This document shows, in pieces, positions 11,534 through 22,827 of a stretch of DNA of 64,000 nt (position 1 is the first letter of the stretch; each line of letters opens with the position of its first letter). The notes below the pieces were generated by a model. The model did not search any database and had not been told where the DNA came from. It worked only from the letters and a program-made list of their open reading frames with translations. A program made the position numbers and the translations under genes. Origin of the DNA: a virus (lineage: Duplodnaviria; Caudoviricetes); the IMG/VR virus record IMGVR_UViG_2832949849_000001, positions 16,597-80,596 of that record; one strand, written 5' to 3'.

Positions 11534-12432
11534 GTGGGCATGAAGGTGGATTCTTGTACAAAGCGCAATGACACTTGTTCCAAAGCTTCTTCAGAGCGGT
11601 CCAAATCGCTTTGGCTCCCTGCTATCATCATGGTGTAAGTCTCATTGTAAAATTGCTTGTAGGCTTTGTTGGTACCGTAAATCACTTTCACATCAAAACA
11701 GTGATAATAAGGCGGCATCACCGTGCCATCACTTGGGGTTTGGTACAAAGCCTTGCGCTTGGCCCAATCCTTAACAATGCCCGTCATGGTGTCGTAAACG
11801 CTCAAAGTCATCTCTGTGAGCCCGTTCTGAGTCGGAATATTCATGGTACCTGAGCCAATTTGAATCTGTTCTGCACTGATTTCAATCGGATTGAACGACA
11901 AATTGGTGGTAAACAAATTGAACAAGCTGCGATTACCATCGCTGCCCTCAGTGGGTGCTTGCCCTGAGCGGTCATTGATTTGCAACACATAGAAATTTTT
12001 ACGCGACAATTCATCTGCACGGGTTTCTTCAATGATTTGTTTCATATCATTCAGTGACAAGCCACCTGCAAAATGCAAATCTTGATCACTGCGGGCTTGA
12101 TGGCCAAAATTGCTCAAGCCCAAAGCCGACAACACCTTGCCAGCACTTTGGTTGATGGTCTCATCCACTTGGTAACCCAAGTTTTGAATCGCTGCATTGG
12201 CGCGTTTGTTGATTTCAGTAGCAGCCATACCAATGGCGGCATTGGCCAAATTACCTGCCACTGTTTGGCTCAAAGCACCTGACACCTTGCCATTGATGGC
12301 TTGGGTAGCAGCACCACCCAAAGCTGTAGTTGCACTGCCAATCACCCCTGACAGCAAACCACTGGCCGTGGTGGTGATGTTACTGAATAAGCTGGGTTGG
12401 TAAATCGACATAAAGCGTCCTGTAAACATCAA
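11524..12432 (-). CDS. Phage morphogenesis protein (possibly PmgB-like)
   Basis: 302-aa ORF in the tail operon; Gly/Ala-rich N-terminus. Confidence 0.45.
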   Translation of the reverse strand: MMFTGRFMSIYQPSLFSNITTTASGLLSGVIGSATTALGGAATQAINGKVSGALSQTVAGNLANAAIGMAATEINKRANAAIQNLGYQVDETINQSAGKVLSALGLSNFGHQARSDQDLHFAGGLSLNDMKQIIEETRADELSRKNFYVLQINDRSGQAPTEGSDGNRSLFNLFTTNLSFNPIEISAEQIQIGSGTMNIPTQNGLTEMTLSVYDTMTGIVKDWAKRKALYQTPSDGTVMPPYYHCFDVKVIYGTNKAYKQFYNETYTMMIAGSQSDLDRSEEALEQVSLRFVQESTFMPTWM

Positions 12433-12841
12433 ACAGTGATGATGGGCATTCTAAATGCCAAACGGCGCAATTGATCATTGCGGTAAGCGGTGATGTCTTG
12501 CTCAATCTCGCTCGATGTGCGCCCAAACAATTCGTGCATGTGGTTTTTACTCGCCTCTTGTACCAAAGCTTCTTGGCGCTCGACATAAAATATGCCAAAG
12601 GTTTGATGATGCCCCATTCAGATGCACTCAAAGTGGTATTGGCATTGACCACCACTTCATCGCTGACCCACTCTGAAACCTCACCCACTGTTTGCAAACG
12701 TGGCTGCTCTACTTTCAAAGCCGCCCATGCTTGATATTCATGCACCGCTTCAATGAACAAAGCTTCTAAAGAAACTTCGTCCAGAAGCGTGGTGACATGG
12801 GTGTCGCGGTATTCAGTTACCAAAGAAGTGATGGTCAGCAT
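12429..12841 (-). CDS. Phage morphogenesis protein (frameshifted)
   Basis: ORFs 12380-12841 and 12429-12617 join (SEWGIIKPL...YVERQEAL...FGRTSSEIEQDI). Confidence 0.5.
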
Positions 12842-13338
12842 CAGATATTGCCTTTCTTGCTGCCAAAACAGTGGTAAGCAATGCTACCTGCGTATTGCAT
12901 AATTTGGGTACGGTTCTCGCCATCGATTTCAGGTGGCTCAAAACCATGTAACAAAGCTGAAATACATGGCCATTTGCGCACATGCTCTTCCACAGTGCCT
13001 TGATAAATGGTGAAATTGAACTTGGTTCGATGGGTAATACTGCGTTCATAAGCCACTGCTTCGAACAGTTCCAAAGCATGACCTGGCACCGTTTCAGTAA
13101 TGGTCAAACCATGTGAAAAGTCGGTTTTAGCCATTGGGCTGGTATGAGTGACAATACCACCTGCTAAAAACACATCGATTTTGTCTTCTGCTGATGCCAA
13201 AGGCAATGCAAAGCCTTTGGTTAAAAATTTCAGGTGTTCATAACCTTCAATCACCATCAAATACTCGCTGGCAATGGCGATTTCGCCCAAAGCGGTGACT
13301 TGATTGATGGCAGCCTGTTGCTGTTTTAAATTGAACAT
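12841..13338 (-). CDS. P1 BplB-like tail tube protein
   Basis: GEIAIASEY...ITETVPG pattern matches the BplB family as recalled. Confidence 0.65.
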   Translation of the reverse strand: MFNLKQQQAAINQVTALGEIAIASEYLMVIEGYEHLKFLTKGFALPLASAEDKIDVFLAGGIVTHTSPMAKTDFSHGLTITETVPGHALELFEAVAYERSITHRTKFNFTIYQGTVEEHVRKWPCISALLHGFEPPEIDGENRTQIMQYAGSIAYHCFGSKKGNI

Positions 13339-13348
13339 GGGTTTGCCT

Positions 13349-14254
13349 TTATTGGAATAAACGGGATACAGCGCTGGCGGTATTGTCAAACAAGGTATTC
13401 ACCGCGCTGTGACCGATATTTTGCAAGTCTTTTTGATCCCAACTTCGGTGCGTTCCCAAACTGATTTGAACCGTGGCATACACATCACCAAAGCTGGAAT
13501 AAGGATTGATCAAAGGGCGTGAAATGCTTTCAATCACCAGTGGCTTGTAAGTCTCACCTTTGTAAGTCAAAGACACATACGTCGGGGCAATGGTCGGAAA
13601 CAAGGTTTCAATCAGTTTTTTCATGCCATCAGTGGTGGATGTCACGCCAGTTTGAGCCGCTTCTTCAGTGGATTGCACCGCTGCTGTGATCATGTCTTCG
13701 GCCATTTCGGCGGGATAACCCATGGCCCACAAGGTTTTGATGGGCTTGGTCACTTCTGATACTGGGTCTTGGTAGGCACGAAATGCCAAAGTCAGCTCAA
13801 ACTTAATCGGCTCATGTCCGACAAATACCTGACGGCTATTAAGTTTGGTAATGCCGCTGCGTCCTTCGGCTGCACCCATGACTTCAGACAATGGCCGCAC
13901 AATACCTGCCACCGATTCACCCGTTGCCCCACCGTATTCTTCCATCTTGCTTGCCAACAATTGTGTTACTTGTTCTGCCTGTCCTGATTGCAAACGTGCA
14001 GCCAAGGTTGGATTTTTGGATTCTAGTGGGACGTTTTCAAATGGAGACTGCCAATTGAATTGTTGTTGCATGTCGGCGCTATCAATTAAAGGCGCTGAAA
14101 CGGCTATCGCGCCAGCAATCGGATTGCCATCTTTGTCGCAAGGCATGATGGTGGCAAACAAATTGGCATTCAAAGAACCCCAATTGGACTTCATGGTGTA
14201 CTTTTGCTGCAAAACCTCAACACCAGCAGCCACCAAATCATTGAACCACGTCAT
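13349..14254 (-). CDS. P1 Tub-like tail tube/initiator protein
   Basis: NWQSPF, KLNSRQVFVGHEP and DPVSEV motifs align with the P1 Tub pattern. Confidence 0.65.
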   Translation of the reverse strand: MTWFNDLVAAGVEVLQQKYTMKSNWGSLNANLFATIMPCDKDGNPIAGAIAVSAPLIDSADMQQQFNWQSPFENVPLESKNPTLAARLQSGQAEQVTQLLASKMEEYGGATGESVAGIVRPLSEVMGAAEGRSGITKLNSRQVFVGHEPIKFELTLAFRAYQDPVSEVTKPIKTLWAMGYPAEMAEDMITAAVQSTEEAAQTGVTSTTDGMKKLIETLFPTIAPTYVSLTYKGETYKPLVIESISRPLINPYSSFGDVYATVQISLGTHRSWDQKDLQNIGHSAVNTLFDNTASAVSRLFQ

Positions 14255-14275
14255 GCCCTACGCTCCTATAAAACC

Positions 14276-14983
14276 TTACATGCCCATTTTGGCGCGTTTG
14301 CGCATTGATTTGGCGCGTTTCATACGTGCCGCGCCGTTATGTGATTTACGCTGTGCTTTTTTGATGGCTTGCTTTTGGGCTGCCGTCAAACGCACTTTGC
14401 CACTGATGCGTTTTTTGATTTTAACCTTTTGGCCATTTCGCACCGCCACCACTTTTTTGTAAGTGGCATCCATAACCGCACTGTCCATCGCTGCACCCAA
14501 ACCCGCAAATTCATTGATGGCCTCCTGAATGGCATCATCACCATCTGGCAACACACCAGTCAGCAAATCAATGATGTTTTCAGCCACATCGTCGTCATCG
14601 TCGTTCAACAAAGCATCAATGTCAGCATTGACCACACCTTGCAATTGCAGCCACTCGGCGGCCACACTCAATGCCATGTCCAAATAATCGGATTCATCAC
14701 TGCTGATGTCACCATCTTTGTCCAAATCCACAATGCCCATGAACAAAGCGTTCAAACGATCAGTTGGGGTTTCACCTTCTTGCAAGTCATCGGTTTCCGC
14801 CCAAGCAATCAAGGCACTGGCGACCAACAAACGCAAATTGGTCAATTCATATTGGCTTGCTGCATCTTTGGCTTCGACCACCACACTATCAAACACCACT
14901 TGGGCATTGTGCGGCACCATCGGTTGCGTGACTTGATGTGCCAAATCGTTTAAGTAATTTTCAATCATCGTGTTTCCCTTCAA
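14276..14983 (-). CDS. P1 PmgG-like morphogenesis protein
   Basis: Acidic body plus basic tail VRNGQKVKIKKR...RLTAAQKQAIKKAQRKSH...KSMRKR. Confidence 0.75.
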   Translation of the reverse strand: MKGNTMIENYLNDLAHQVTQPMVPHNAQVVFDSVVVEAKDAASQYELTNLRLLVASALIAWAETDDLQEGETPTDRLNALFMGIVDLDKDGDISSDESDYLDMALSVAAEWLQLQGVVNADIDALLNDDDDDVAENIIDLLTGVLPDGDDAIQEAINEFAGLGAAMDSAVMDATYKKVVAVRNGQKVKIKKRISGKVRLTAAQKQAIKKAQRKSHNGAARMKRAKSMRKRAKMGM

Positions 14984-16590
14984 TCAATCGAGTACATATT
15001 GGTATCAATGAAGATGCGGCGTACCACACCATTGATGGCCAAGTTGATGGTCACATCCATCTCGTCATCCGGATAACGTTCATTCGGACGCACCACATAG
15101 CCAAAAGCCGCACCATCTAAAGACGCACTTGGCACCAACCAATCAGACGCTTGCGCCCATTCGCACACACGCTGCAATTGGTCTTCCATTGCGCGAATGG
15201 CATCAGTCATAGGCTTTTGCAACACACTTTTGGCATAACGACCAAAATAATGTTGAAACCAAATGGCAATCTCAGCCGCACTTTCCAACTTGGAAATGCC
15301 TGATTTATTGGCACCCGACAAAGAATCTGCCCATACATAACCACTGGTATCATGGTATTCCTGGTAAAGACAAGGATTGATTTTGGCTTCTGCCAATTGC
15401 GCCAATTCCAAATCGTTCGGATATTGGGTTTGATTGAATTTGGTACCAATCAACTGGTAATCTCGTCCCGCAATCGGTTGCTGTAAAGCAGGCATCCCGT
15501 AAGCGTTGTAAGTGGCATTGCGAGCACAAGCCAAACCTACTTTTTGACCAACAGACGACATCAACACAATGCCGTTTTTGTAAGTCGGGTCTTGACGCTC
15601 AAGCGGTGACCATAACCAACCGACATACATTGCCTCTTGGTCATCAATTTCAAACTGGTCTTTCCACGCAATCGCCGCTTCAGGTGACAACATGCCATCA
15701 ATGGCTTGGTACATGCGGCGGTTTTGAGCAATCGCTACTTGGGTTAAAGCAAACACCAAAGCCACATGATTGGTATCCGACATGATGTAGCGGTATTGCA
15801 AAGAAGTATTGCCAATTTGATTGGCAGCCGCCACGTATTGGATATCTGCCAACACACCTGCATCGGTATAAGGCACCACAGCTTTGGCTTGTTTGGCAGC
15901 AAACAACGCATCATCAGGTAAAATCGCATGGGCATCATGATTGACCTCAATGCTCAACCAATCACCGTAATAACGTTGTGCCACATCGGCAATGAAATAA
16001 GACTGATTCAAGTCATCAGTGGCATCCACATCTGTGGAGCCAGTGACGGTGTACAACACATCCCCCGTACCCACTTCAACCCCGCGGCTGTTAGTCTTGC
16101 GCTCACGTACCACCAAACTGATTTCAGTATTGTTTTTGCCTTTTTCAAACGACACCCACACACCAGCATTGATACAGTCCGCCAATTTAACCGCCATGAA
16201 CCACGTGCCTGAGATTGGGACTTCTTCAACCAAACTGATTTGTGATTCTTCAGCATGGCTCAATAAAATCCATTGATTCGAAGCCGCATCACTGGCCAAA
16301 CGCATCACTACTGCAGCTGCTGCACCACGACTGAAAGCTTCAACCATTTGCAAATACGTACTGGCCGTTTGGGTCTTGCGCAAAGACTGCGGCTCACCCA
16401 AATAACGTTTCATTTTGCTGGCAGCCACCAACATGGGTTTGTCTATGCGTCCACGAGTGAACACACCCACAGTGGCAAAGGTTTGGTCCCCTGTTTCTTG
16501 CAACAAACGTTCGGTACGGTCATAAGGAATATTGACTTGTACGCCTGACTGTTGACCCACTAATTGGCGTTGATAAGTATTTTGTGCCAT
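14980..16590 (-). CDS. Contractile tail sheath protein (P1 gp22-like)
   Basis: GVFTRGRIDKP N-terminal motif, PIAGRDY, LAEAKINP; likely start MAQNTYQR. Confidence 0.8.
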   Translation of the reverse strand: MAQNTYQRQLVGQQSGVQVNIPYDRTERLLQETGDQTFATVGVFTRGRIDKPMLVAASKMKRYLGEPQSLRKTQTASTYLQMVEAFSRGAAAAVVMRLASDAASNQWILLSHAEESQISLVEEVPISGTWFMAVKLADCINAGVWVSFEKGKNNTEISLVVRERKTNSRGVEVGTGDVLYTVTGSTDVDATDDLNQSYFIADVAQRYYGDWLSIEVNHDAHAILPDDALFAAKQAKAVVPYTDAGVLADIQYVAAANQIGNTSLQYRYIMSDTNHVALVFALTQVAIAQNRRMYQAIDGMLSPEAAIAWKDQFEIDDQEAMYVGWLWSPLERQDPTYKNGIVLMSSVGQKVGLACARNATYNAYGMPALQQPIAGRDYQLIGTKFNQTQYPNDLELAQLAEAKINPCLYQEYHDTSGYVWADSLSGANKSGISKLESAAEIAIWFQHYFGRYAKSVLQKPMTDAIRAMEDQLQRVCEWAQASDWLVPSASLDGAAFGYVVRPNERYPDDEMDVTINLAINGVVRRIFIDTNMYSID

Positions 16591-16594
16591 AAAG

Positions 16595-17017
16595 TTACTC
16601 CTGCTGTGCTTCAGGCACCGCTTCAATGAACACACCATGCGGTGCTACCCATTTGCCAATGCCGTTAAAGCTATTTACATTGCGCTGCAGTGTCGCCATG
16701 ATTTCAGCGGTTTTAACCGTCACCACTTGGCTCTCACCACCACGCAAACACACATTGCCAACTTCTGGGTAAGCGACGGTGGCATAAGTACGATTGACCA
16801 ATAAAACTGTGGCTGGATAGCGTTCAGGCTCAAATGGTGCAGATGCATTGGCTGTTTCAACTTCCACGGCTTCAGATACAGATGCCATTTGTGTGTTTTC
16901 AGCCTTCACTTTCGCTGCTGCTTTTTTCTGTGCCGCCGTCAATTTAATTACAGGTTGCTCAACACTGGCAGTGTCGCCAGCTTGAGCAACCACGTCTTTT
17001 TGAGTGTCTTCAGACAT
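16595..17017 (-). CDS. Hypothetical virion protein
   Basis: ORF between capsid and sheath genes. Confidence 0.55.
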   Translation of the reverse strand: MSEDTQKDVVAQAGDTASVEQPVIKLTAAQKKAAAKVKAENTQMASVSEAVEVETANASAPFEPERYPATVLLVNRTYATVAYPEVGNVCLRGGESQVVTVKTAEIMATLQRNVNSFNGIGKWVAPHGVFIEAVPEAQQE

Positions 17018-17035
17018 GGTTGCATCACCTTTCAA

Positions 17036-18751
17036 TTAAAATTTCACATTGATCAAAGCTGCAGAATCAGCACACTGCAAATGCGGATTGACGGTGTCTA
17101 CACCGGCTTCAAACACAAATTGACCTGTGATGCCATCTACTGTGGTAGCCAATGGTGAAACCGCCGCACCCAACGCAGTACCAGTGATGTAAGGATTGGC
17201 ACCTGCTTGATCGGACGTACCGATACACAACATCGGGAAACCATCAGAAGTGGCAACTAATTCAGGAATTGGGCTGAAATACAATTCATATTTACCCAAC
17301 AAACGACCCAAACGATAAGTGCCTGCACGTGGTTTCACATTGGATGCTTGTAAGATTTCAGGTGGCAAGGTGCCCAAATACGAAGCCGCTGACGCACCGA
17401 CATAAATCACACCAATACCATTTAAATTGGTGCGTACAATCATGTCCAAATTGGCCGCCTCAATCGCCTGACCCAAATCCATCATAATGCTGGTGATGGA
17501 ACGCTCATTCATACGGTTGGCTTTGTCCATTTCAAAATTGAATACATGGGCTGAAGCAATGCGCCACATGCGACGCACCGCCAAATGATGACGCTCAGCC
17601 ACACTTTGGGTACGAATGGCAGCCATGTTTTGTGAACTTTGATCCAACTTCACATCTACTGCCCATTGGTGGCGTGCTTCTTGTGACACACTGTACAAAG
17701 CAGATGCATACGTTGCACGAATGGACTTGATGGTGGCGTGTGATTCCACCACTGGACGCTTTCCTTTCATATTGGCATGTTCAAAATCAATCGCGGCACT
17801 GAATTCAACCACTGAACCTGATGCCAATGCCGGTGTAAACACCGCGGACAAAACGCCTGTGGTAGCGTTACCTGTCACTGTCACCGCTGTACCTGCAGCT
17901 GTACCTGGCAAATGGAACGATTGTGAGAAGGTAATGGTGGTATCAGAACGATTGGCCATAGGATTGCTTTGACCGACCAACAAACCATTCACATACACAC
18001 CCACTGCTGACGGCAAAATTGGTGAACCTGCCGCATCGACTGACGCATTTTTAATCGTTGCAGCCCAAGTGCCACTGGTGTCAACGGCTTGAGCCATGCG
18101 TTGTGACATCAAGAACGGCTTACCCGCATTCAAGCCATCTAATGAGGCGTACTGTGCGTAATCACCTGAAGCGGCAGCAGCTCGATGACCCACCAAAATC
18201 ACACGACCTTCCAAGCCTTGGTCCATGGCAATGCGGCCACTGAACGGCATCGGTTCAGAATAAGCCATCACAATCGCAGTCAACACTTGGCTCACGCTCA
18301 TCGCACCGCCTGAAGCACTGTTCACATCATCGAATACGGTTTTTTGACTGCCTAAAAATTGGCTTGGTAAACCCAAAAATTCCGCATAATTTTTTGATAC
18401 CAATGGCAGCGTCGAACGCAAAGCATCGTCAGCGACCCAAGCAGGTGCTGCATGACCATGTTCATGAGCAAACATGGCTTCGGATTTGGCAATCGAATCC
18501 ATCACCAAAGAGGCAGTGTTGTAAGGTGCAGCACCTTCGGCAAAAGTCACGGTTTCAGGTAATACTGCCATCAAGTCTTGCACCACTTGTGGCGCACCAC
18601 TATCACGCAAATGATCTTGTACATTGGCATCATCAAACACAGCAATATTGCTTGGCTTGCCACCTGTGACTTTGTCCAAGGTTTGTTTGATGAATTGGTT
18701 GGTTTGATTTTGAACAGACGGTGTCATGCTCTTGGCTGCAGGTTGTGGCAT
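17036..18751 (-). CDS. Major capsid protein (P1 gp23-like)
   Basis: About 570 aa, first gene after a late promoter, YRLGRLLGKYELYFSP motif, upstream of sheath as in P1. Confidence 0.75.
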   Translation of the reverse strand: MPQPAAKSMTPSVQNQTNQFIKQTLDKVTGGKPSNIAVFDDANVQDHLRDSGAPQVVQDLMAVLPETVTFAEGAAPYNTASLVMDSIAKSEAMFAHEHGHAAPAWVADDALRSTLPLVSKNYAEFLGLPSQFLGSQKTVFDDVNSASGGAMSVSQVLTAIVMAYSEPMPFSGRIAMDQGLEGRVILVGHRAAAASGDYAQYASLDGLNAGKPFLMSQRMAQAVDTSGTWAATIKNASVDAAGSPILPSAVGVYVNGLLVGQSNPMANRSDTTITFSQSFHLPGTAAGTAVTVTGNATTGVLSAVFTPALASGSVVEFSAAIDFEHANMKGKRPVVESHATIKSIRATYASALYSVSQEARHQWAVDVKLDQSSQNMAAIRTQSVAERHHLAVRRMWRIASAHVFNFEMDKANRMNERSITSIMMDLGQAIEAANLDMIVRTNLNGIGVIYVGASAASYLGTLPPEILQASNVKPRAGTYRLGRLLGKYELYFSPIPELVATSDGFPMLCIGTSDQAGANPYITGTALGAAVSPLATTVDGITGQFVFEAGVDTVNPHLQCADSAALINVKF

Positions 18752-18797
18752 ACTTTTTCTCCAAATAAAAAAACGACATGCGTTGTTGGCATGTCGT

Positions 18798-18838
18798 ATT
18801 GTCACTTTGATTGCAAGTATGATTTCGCAGCGTTCCCT
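18798..18838 (-). promoter_or_regulatory. Putative late promoter AGGGAACGC-N26-GACAAT
   Basis: Motif plus ACGACATGC/GCATGTCGT hairpin and U-tract upstream of the capsid gene. Confidence 0.72.
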
Positions 18839-18936
18839 ATATTGCTTTCGATTCGCAAAAAGCTAATCTAACAATGACTGTTTACTGAATATGATAAAAT
18901 ACGCCATTATATTTAAAAAATAAAAAACCATAATTT

Positions 18937-19818
18937 ATGAACTTCATCGACTTATTCGCTGGTATTGGTGGCTTTCACCTTGCTCTATCCCGTCTTGATA
19001 TGAATTGTGTTTTTGCTTCTGAGATAGACTCTCATGCTCGAGAAGTTTATAAACTCAATCACAAGATTTCTGATGAGATTTTCAATGAGGACATACGCTC
19101 TATTAGTCCTGATGCCATTCCAGACCATGATATTTTATGTGGTGGATTTCCATGTCAGCCGTTTTCGCAAGCTGGGCACAAGCGCGGCTTTGATGATGTT
19201 CACAAATCAGAGCGTGGTAATTTATTTCATTACATAGCAGATATTATTAAAGAAAAACGTCCTAACGCGTTTATTTTAGAAAATGTACGTCATCTTCTTA
19301 AACATGATGAAGGCCGAACTTTCCAAACAATACGAGACATTCTTGAAAAAGAACTTAATTACACTGTTTATTTTAAAATCATCAAAGCTACTGATTTTGG
19401 CCGACCTCAACACCGACCTAGAATCTATATTGTTGGATTCAACAATCATACTGTAAACACAGTACCAAGTTTTGAATTCCCAAAACCAACTGGCACCACA
19501 ATGACTATGTCAGACGTATGGGAAGGAGATTGTTCTCGCGAAATTGGTTTTACATTGCGCGTAGGTGGCAAAGGCTCACCTCTAAACGATCGAAGAAACT
19601 GGGATGGCTATTTAGTTAATGGCCAAGAGGTACGATTATCTCCAAAAGAAGGAAAGCGCATGATGGGCTTTCCTGATGCATTTCAATTATCAAAATCAAA
19701 AACACAAGCCATGAAGCAATTGGGAAACAGTGTTTGTGTTGACGTAGTTTATCATGTAGGCCTCGCAGTAAAAGAATACCTTGAACAAAATCAGATATCT
19801 AAAAGTGAAAGTGACGGC
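18937..19818 (+). CDS. DNA cytosine-5 methyltransferase (in frame with the downstream nuclease)
   Basis: FIDLFAGIGG, GGFPCQPFS, LENV, PQHRPR and QLGNSV motifs. Confidence 0.93.
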
Positions 19819-20837
19819 ATGGCAAATTTCAACAAAGGGGAATGGGGAGAGCTGTATGCTTTTTTAAAAGCAATTCAAAATCCTCAAATAAAATTTGGTG
19901 ATACCAATACCAATATTTTAAACACAAACGACTTTATTACTGTTTTTTCATTGCAACATAATGACCAACCATATCAATACACCATACAAAATAATCAATT
20001 AATTATTTCAGAAAATGGCATATTAATATCAGAGCACAATATTGATGAAATATTAAACCAAGAACGCCTGAATCAGCTTAAAAATGACATTGTTAATTCA
20101 AAAGCAACTTTTGAAATACAAGATCAAAATATACTTGAAACACTCAAAATCAATTCATTTAAAGGCAGCTCTTTTCAAAAAAAGATGTGAGTGTGGGGTT
20201 TAACTATCAACATATGTGCATTGAAAATGACCCACTGGGAATTAAATCATTTTTAGGTAACAACCCTACCCTTTTAAATGCCTCATCCAATACAAACTTT
20301 ATTTTCGAAGTAAATGGGTTCCAAGGCAGAATTGATGATGTCAACTCAATCGATACCAAAAATAAAGTACGTGATCGCATTGCCTATATTTTAGAGCACG
20401 GCGGTAGTTTTACATTTGATAAATGTGAAAAACCAACCTTTGAAGAAAACCTTTTCAGAGTAGACAGCTGCATGCCTCAAATTTTAGGTAATTTACTGTT
20501 GCAGTACTACTCTGGTAGTGGCTCTGAAATCTCACAGTTGATTACTGATGACTCAGAAAAAATCAAAATAAAACGATTGTTAGAAGCCATGTTGCTTGGG
20601 ATGTTCCCAAGTAAACTGTGGGATGGCAATTACAGCTCAAATGGCATTATCGTAGTACGTAAATTAGGTGACTTACTGCTGTATCACACTTTAAAGCGTA
20701 ATATTTTAATGAACTACTTATTTGAAAATACAAAACTTGATACGCCATCTACTTCACGCCATGGTTTTGGTAAACTTATTGAAGAAAAGAACGGCTCAAA
20801 ATTTTTCAAACTGAATTTACAAATCCGAAATACTTAA
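19819..20837 (+). CDS. HpaII-family restriction endonuclease (frameshift near 20180)
   Basis: NKGEWGELY, IKSFLGNNPTLLNAS, LGMFPSKLWDG and TKLDTPSTSRHGFG motifs. Confidence 0.85.
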
Positions 20838-20848
20838 AATCAAAAATC

Positions 20849-20882
20849 AAAGCCCACTCATATCATCACATAGTGGGCTTTT
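20849..20882. terminator. Bidirectional intrinsic terminator
   Basis: AAAGCCCACT...AGTGGGCTTT between convergent genes. Confidence 0.7.
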
Positions 20883-20885
20883 AAT

Positions 20886-21398
20886 TTAAATCAAATCATT
20901 GAAATCAGGGTTTGAAGCCTGTTCTAACGGCTGCAAATACACCACACTGGAGCGTCCTTGCGGCAAACTAGAAGGCGATGTAATGCTGGACACCTGATAA
21001 CCATAAGCAAAATCAGGCAAAATCACATACACCCTGTCATGTTTTTTGATTTCGAATTCGCCTTCTATAACCGGCTCAATTAATACTGGCACATCACCGT
21101 TACTCACATTGAAGGTCTGCCAATTGCCCGCATGTTCCGCACCACCATATTGACTGGCAAACACCATTTTGCCCGCTCCCACAATTTCCAATTCATAATC
21201 GGCTTCATCTTCCATGCCCATTTGCATTGCACCACCGAATGTAGCGGCATTGTCAGGATCATTGTCTTCATCAGGACGCAGCGAGATTTTACGGTAGACC
21301 ACCACGTCTTGAGACCAGATGTGATTCATCACCACCATGCGCTTGGCACGGTTGTTGGCATTCGATAAAGGATTGCCATTGCTCCAATCAAGACCCAC
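20886..21398 (-). CDS. Putative head-tail connector/morphogenesis protein
   Basis: GTG start with AAGGAG RBS; within a late operon. Confidence 0.55.
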   Translation of the reverse strand: MGLDWSNGNPLSNANNRAKRMVVMNHIWSQDVVVYRKISLRPDEDNDPDNAATFGGAMQMGMEDEADYELEIVGAGKMVFASQYGGAEHAGNWQTFNVSNGDVPVLIEPVIEGEFEIKKHDRVYVILPDFAYGYQVSSITSPSSLPQGRSSVVYLQPLEQASNPDFNDLI

Positions 21399-22514
21399 GT
21401 TTGGCTCCTTCCAAAAGCTTTTGAATCTGAGCAAAGACCTCGGGAGTCGTATTTTGCTGAATTTCAGGATTGTTCAATTGACGGTTGATTTCACGAATCG
21501 CCTCCATATTGGCGGCTTTGGCCTGCGCTTTGGCTTTGGCAATCTCGGATGGTGTCATCCCCACACCCGCAATGCTTTTGGCTTTGCGGCTGTTGCTGCT
21601 AAAAGCATCGGTCATGTCAGCAGGAATGGCCGCATTGGCATGTTGGCGGATGCGCTTTTTGTTCCAAGCCTCTTGGCTGATTTGCTCTGCCAATTGTTCA
21701 ATCTGCTTTTTACCCATGGTTTGGCTTTGGGCGTTGGATTCCCACGCATTTGTGCAATGTATTGTTTCATGTAGGCAGTGAAAGCAGGCGATTTGGTCAA
21801 CACCAACATCACACGTAACACATGCTTACAAGCAATGCCACCCAATTTGGGATTGCGTACCTTAGGAAAACCCGTCTCAGGCTTGCCTTGCGCAAAGCCG
21901 CCTACGGTAGCCACATAGCGGTACCAAAATCGATGGCGTCCACAATCACAATCAAAACGAATAGGACCGCGTGCCACTGCTTCGGCCATTTTATTGCTGA
22001 TTCGGCCACCTGAAATGGCGGCCTGAAAATCCAAAAACTGTACCGATACCGCATGGTGGGTTTGTTTGGACTTGGCACTGGCATTGACCCGAAACACCAC
22101 CACGCCTTCTTTGTCACGTCTTGCTGCCACCGCTGTATTGATTTCAGTTTCACAACGCAACAAATCGACCTTACGGCTTTTGTTAATCACGGTTCGTGGA
22201 TGAATGCCACCGCGTACTTGCATGGATTTGAACTTGTCTTGCAACTCGTCCATCGCTTTGGCCAAATGCTGCAAATCATCACGGGTCAATTCTTCGGTCA
22301 TCACCCCACTGGCAATATTGATTTTGGCCAATACCTCTTCAACTTGCGTCGGCTTTAAACCCAAGGCATTGCCCAAAGCCAATATATTGCCCGCTTCGGT
22401 GCGCTCTTGCTCAGCGCGTTTTTCTCGCGCCTCAATCACATCCAGCTGCTGTTTAACCGTTAAAGCGGCTATGGCTTCTTTGTTTTCGGCAACTACTTTA
22501 TTTCGTGTGGCCAT
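21388..22514 (-). CDS. P1-like tail-stability protein with SWIM-like Cys/His motif (frameshifted)
   Basis: FDCDCGRHRFWYRY...RNPKLGGIACKHVLRVM; continues into 21388-21717. Confidence 0.65.
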
Positions 22515-22515
22515 A

Positions 22516-22827
22516 TCAATACAAACTCATGCCAGATTTGGTTTTAAGCATTGCGGTGGCTTTGGTAATGGCAATGGCTTGGCTCATGGGAATAAAACGA
22601 CGCGCGCCTTCTTGCACCGGCAAATCCACATCATTAAAGCCCACCACAGCAGCAGCCACCAACCAATCCGCACGGTTTTTATACACGAATTGATTGGTGA
22701 GACTGTGATCCAACACTTGGCGTGGCTGAACGTAATGGACTTTGTTCAATTGGTAGGATTTGGCATGTTGCGACGCTTTACGCATCTCACGATAAGCATG
22801 GCCCACACGCATGGAATCAATCGGCAT
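22516..22827 (-). CDS. P1 gp26-like (LysM/tail-X-like) baseplate protein
   Basis: DHSLTNQFVYKNRADWLVAAAVVG pattern; position after a late promoter. Confidence 0.5.
   Translation of the reverse strand: MPIDSMRVGHAYREMRKASQHAKSYQLNKVHYVQPRQVLDHSLTNQFVYKNRADWLVAAAVVGFNDVDLPVQEGARRFIPMSQAIAITKATAMLKTKSGMSLY

Noticed and set aside
13845-14953. Long plus-strand ORFs antisense to structural genes (also 22204-22866, 27362-27922, 41858-42442)
   Set aside because: Shadow ORFs of well-supported minus-strand genes
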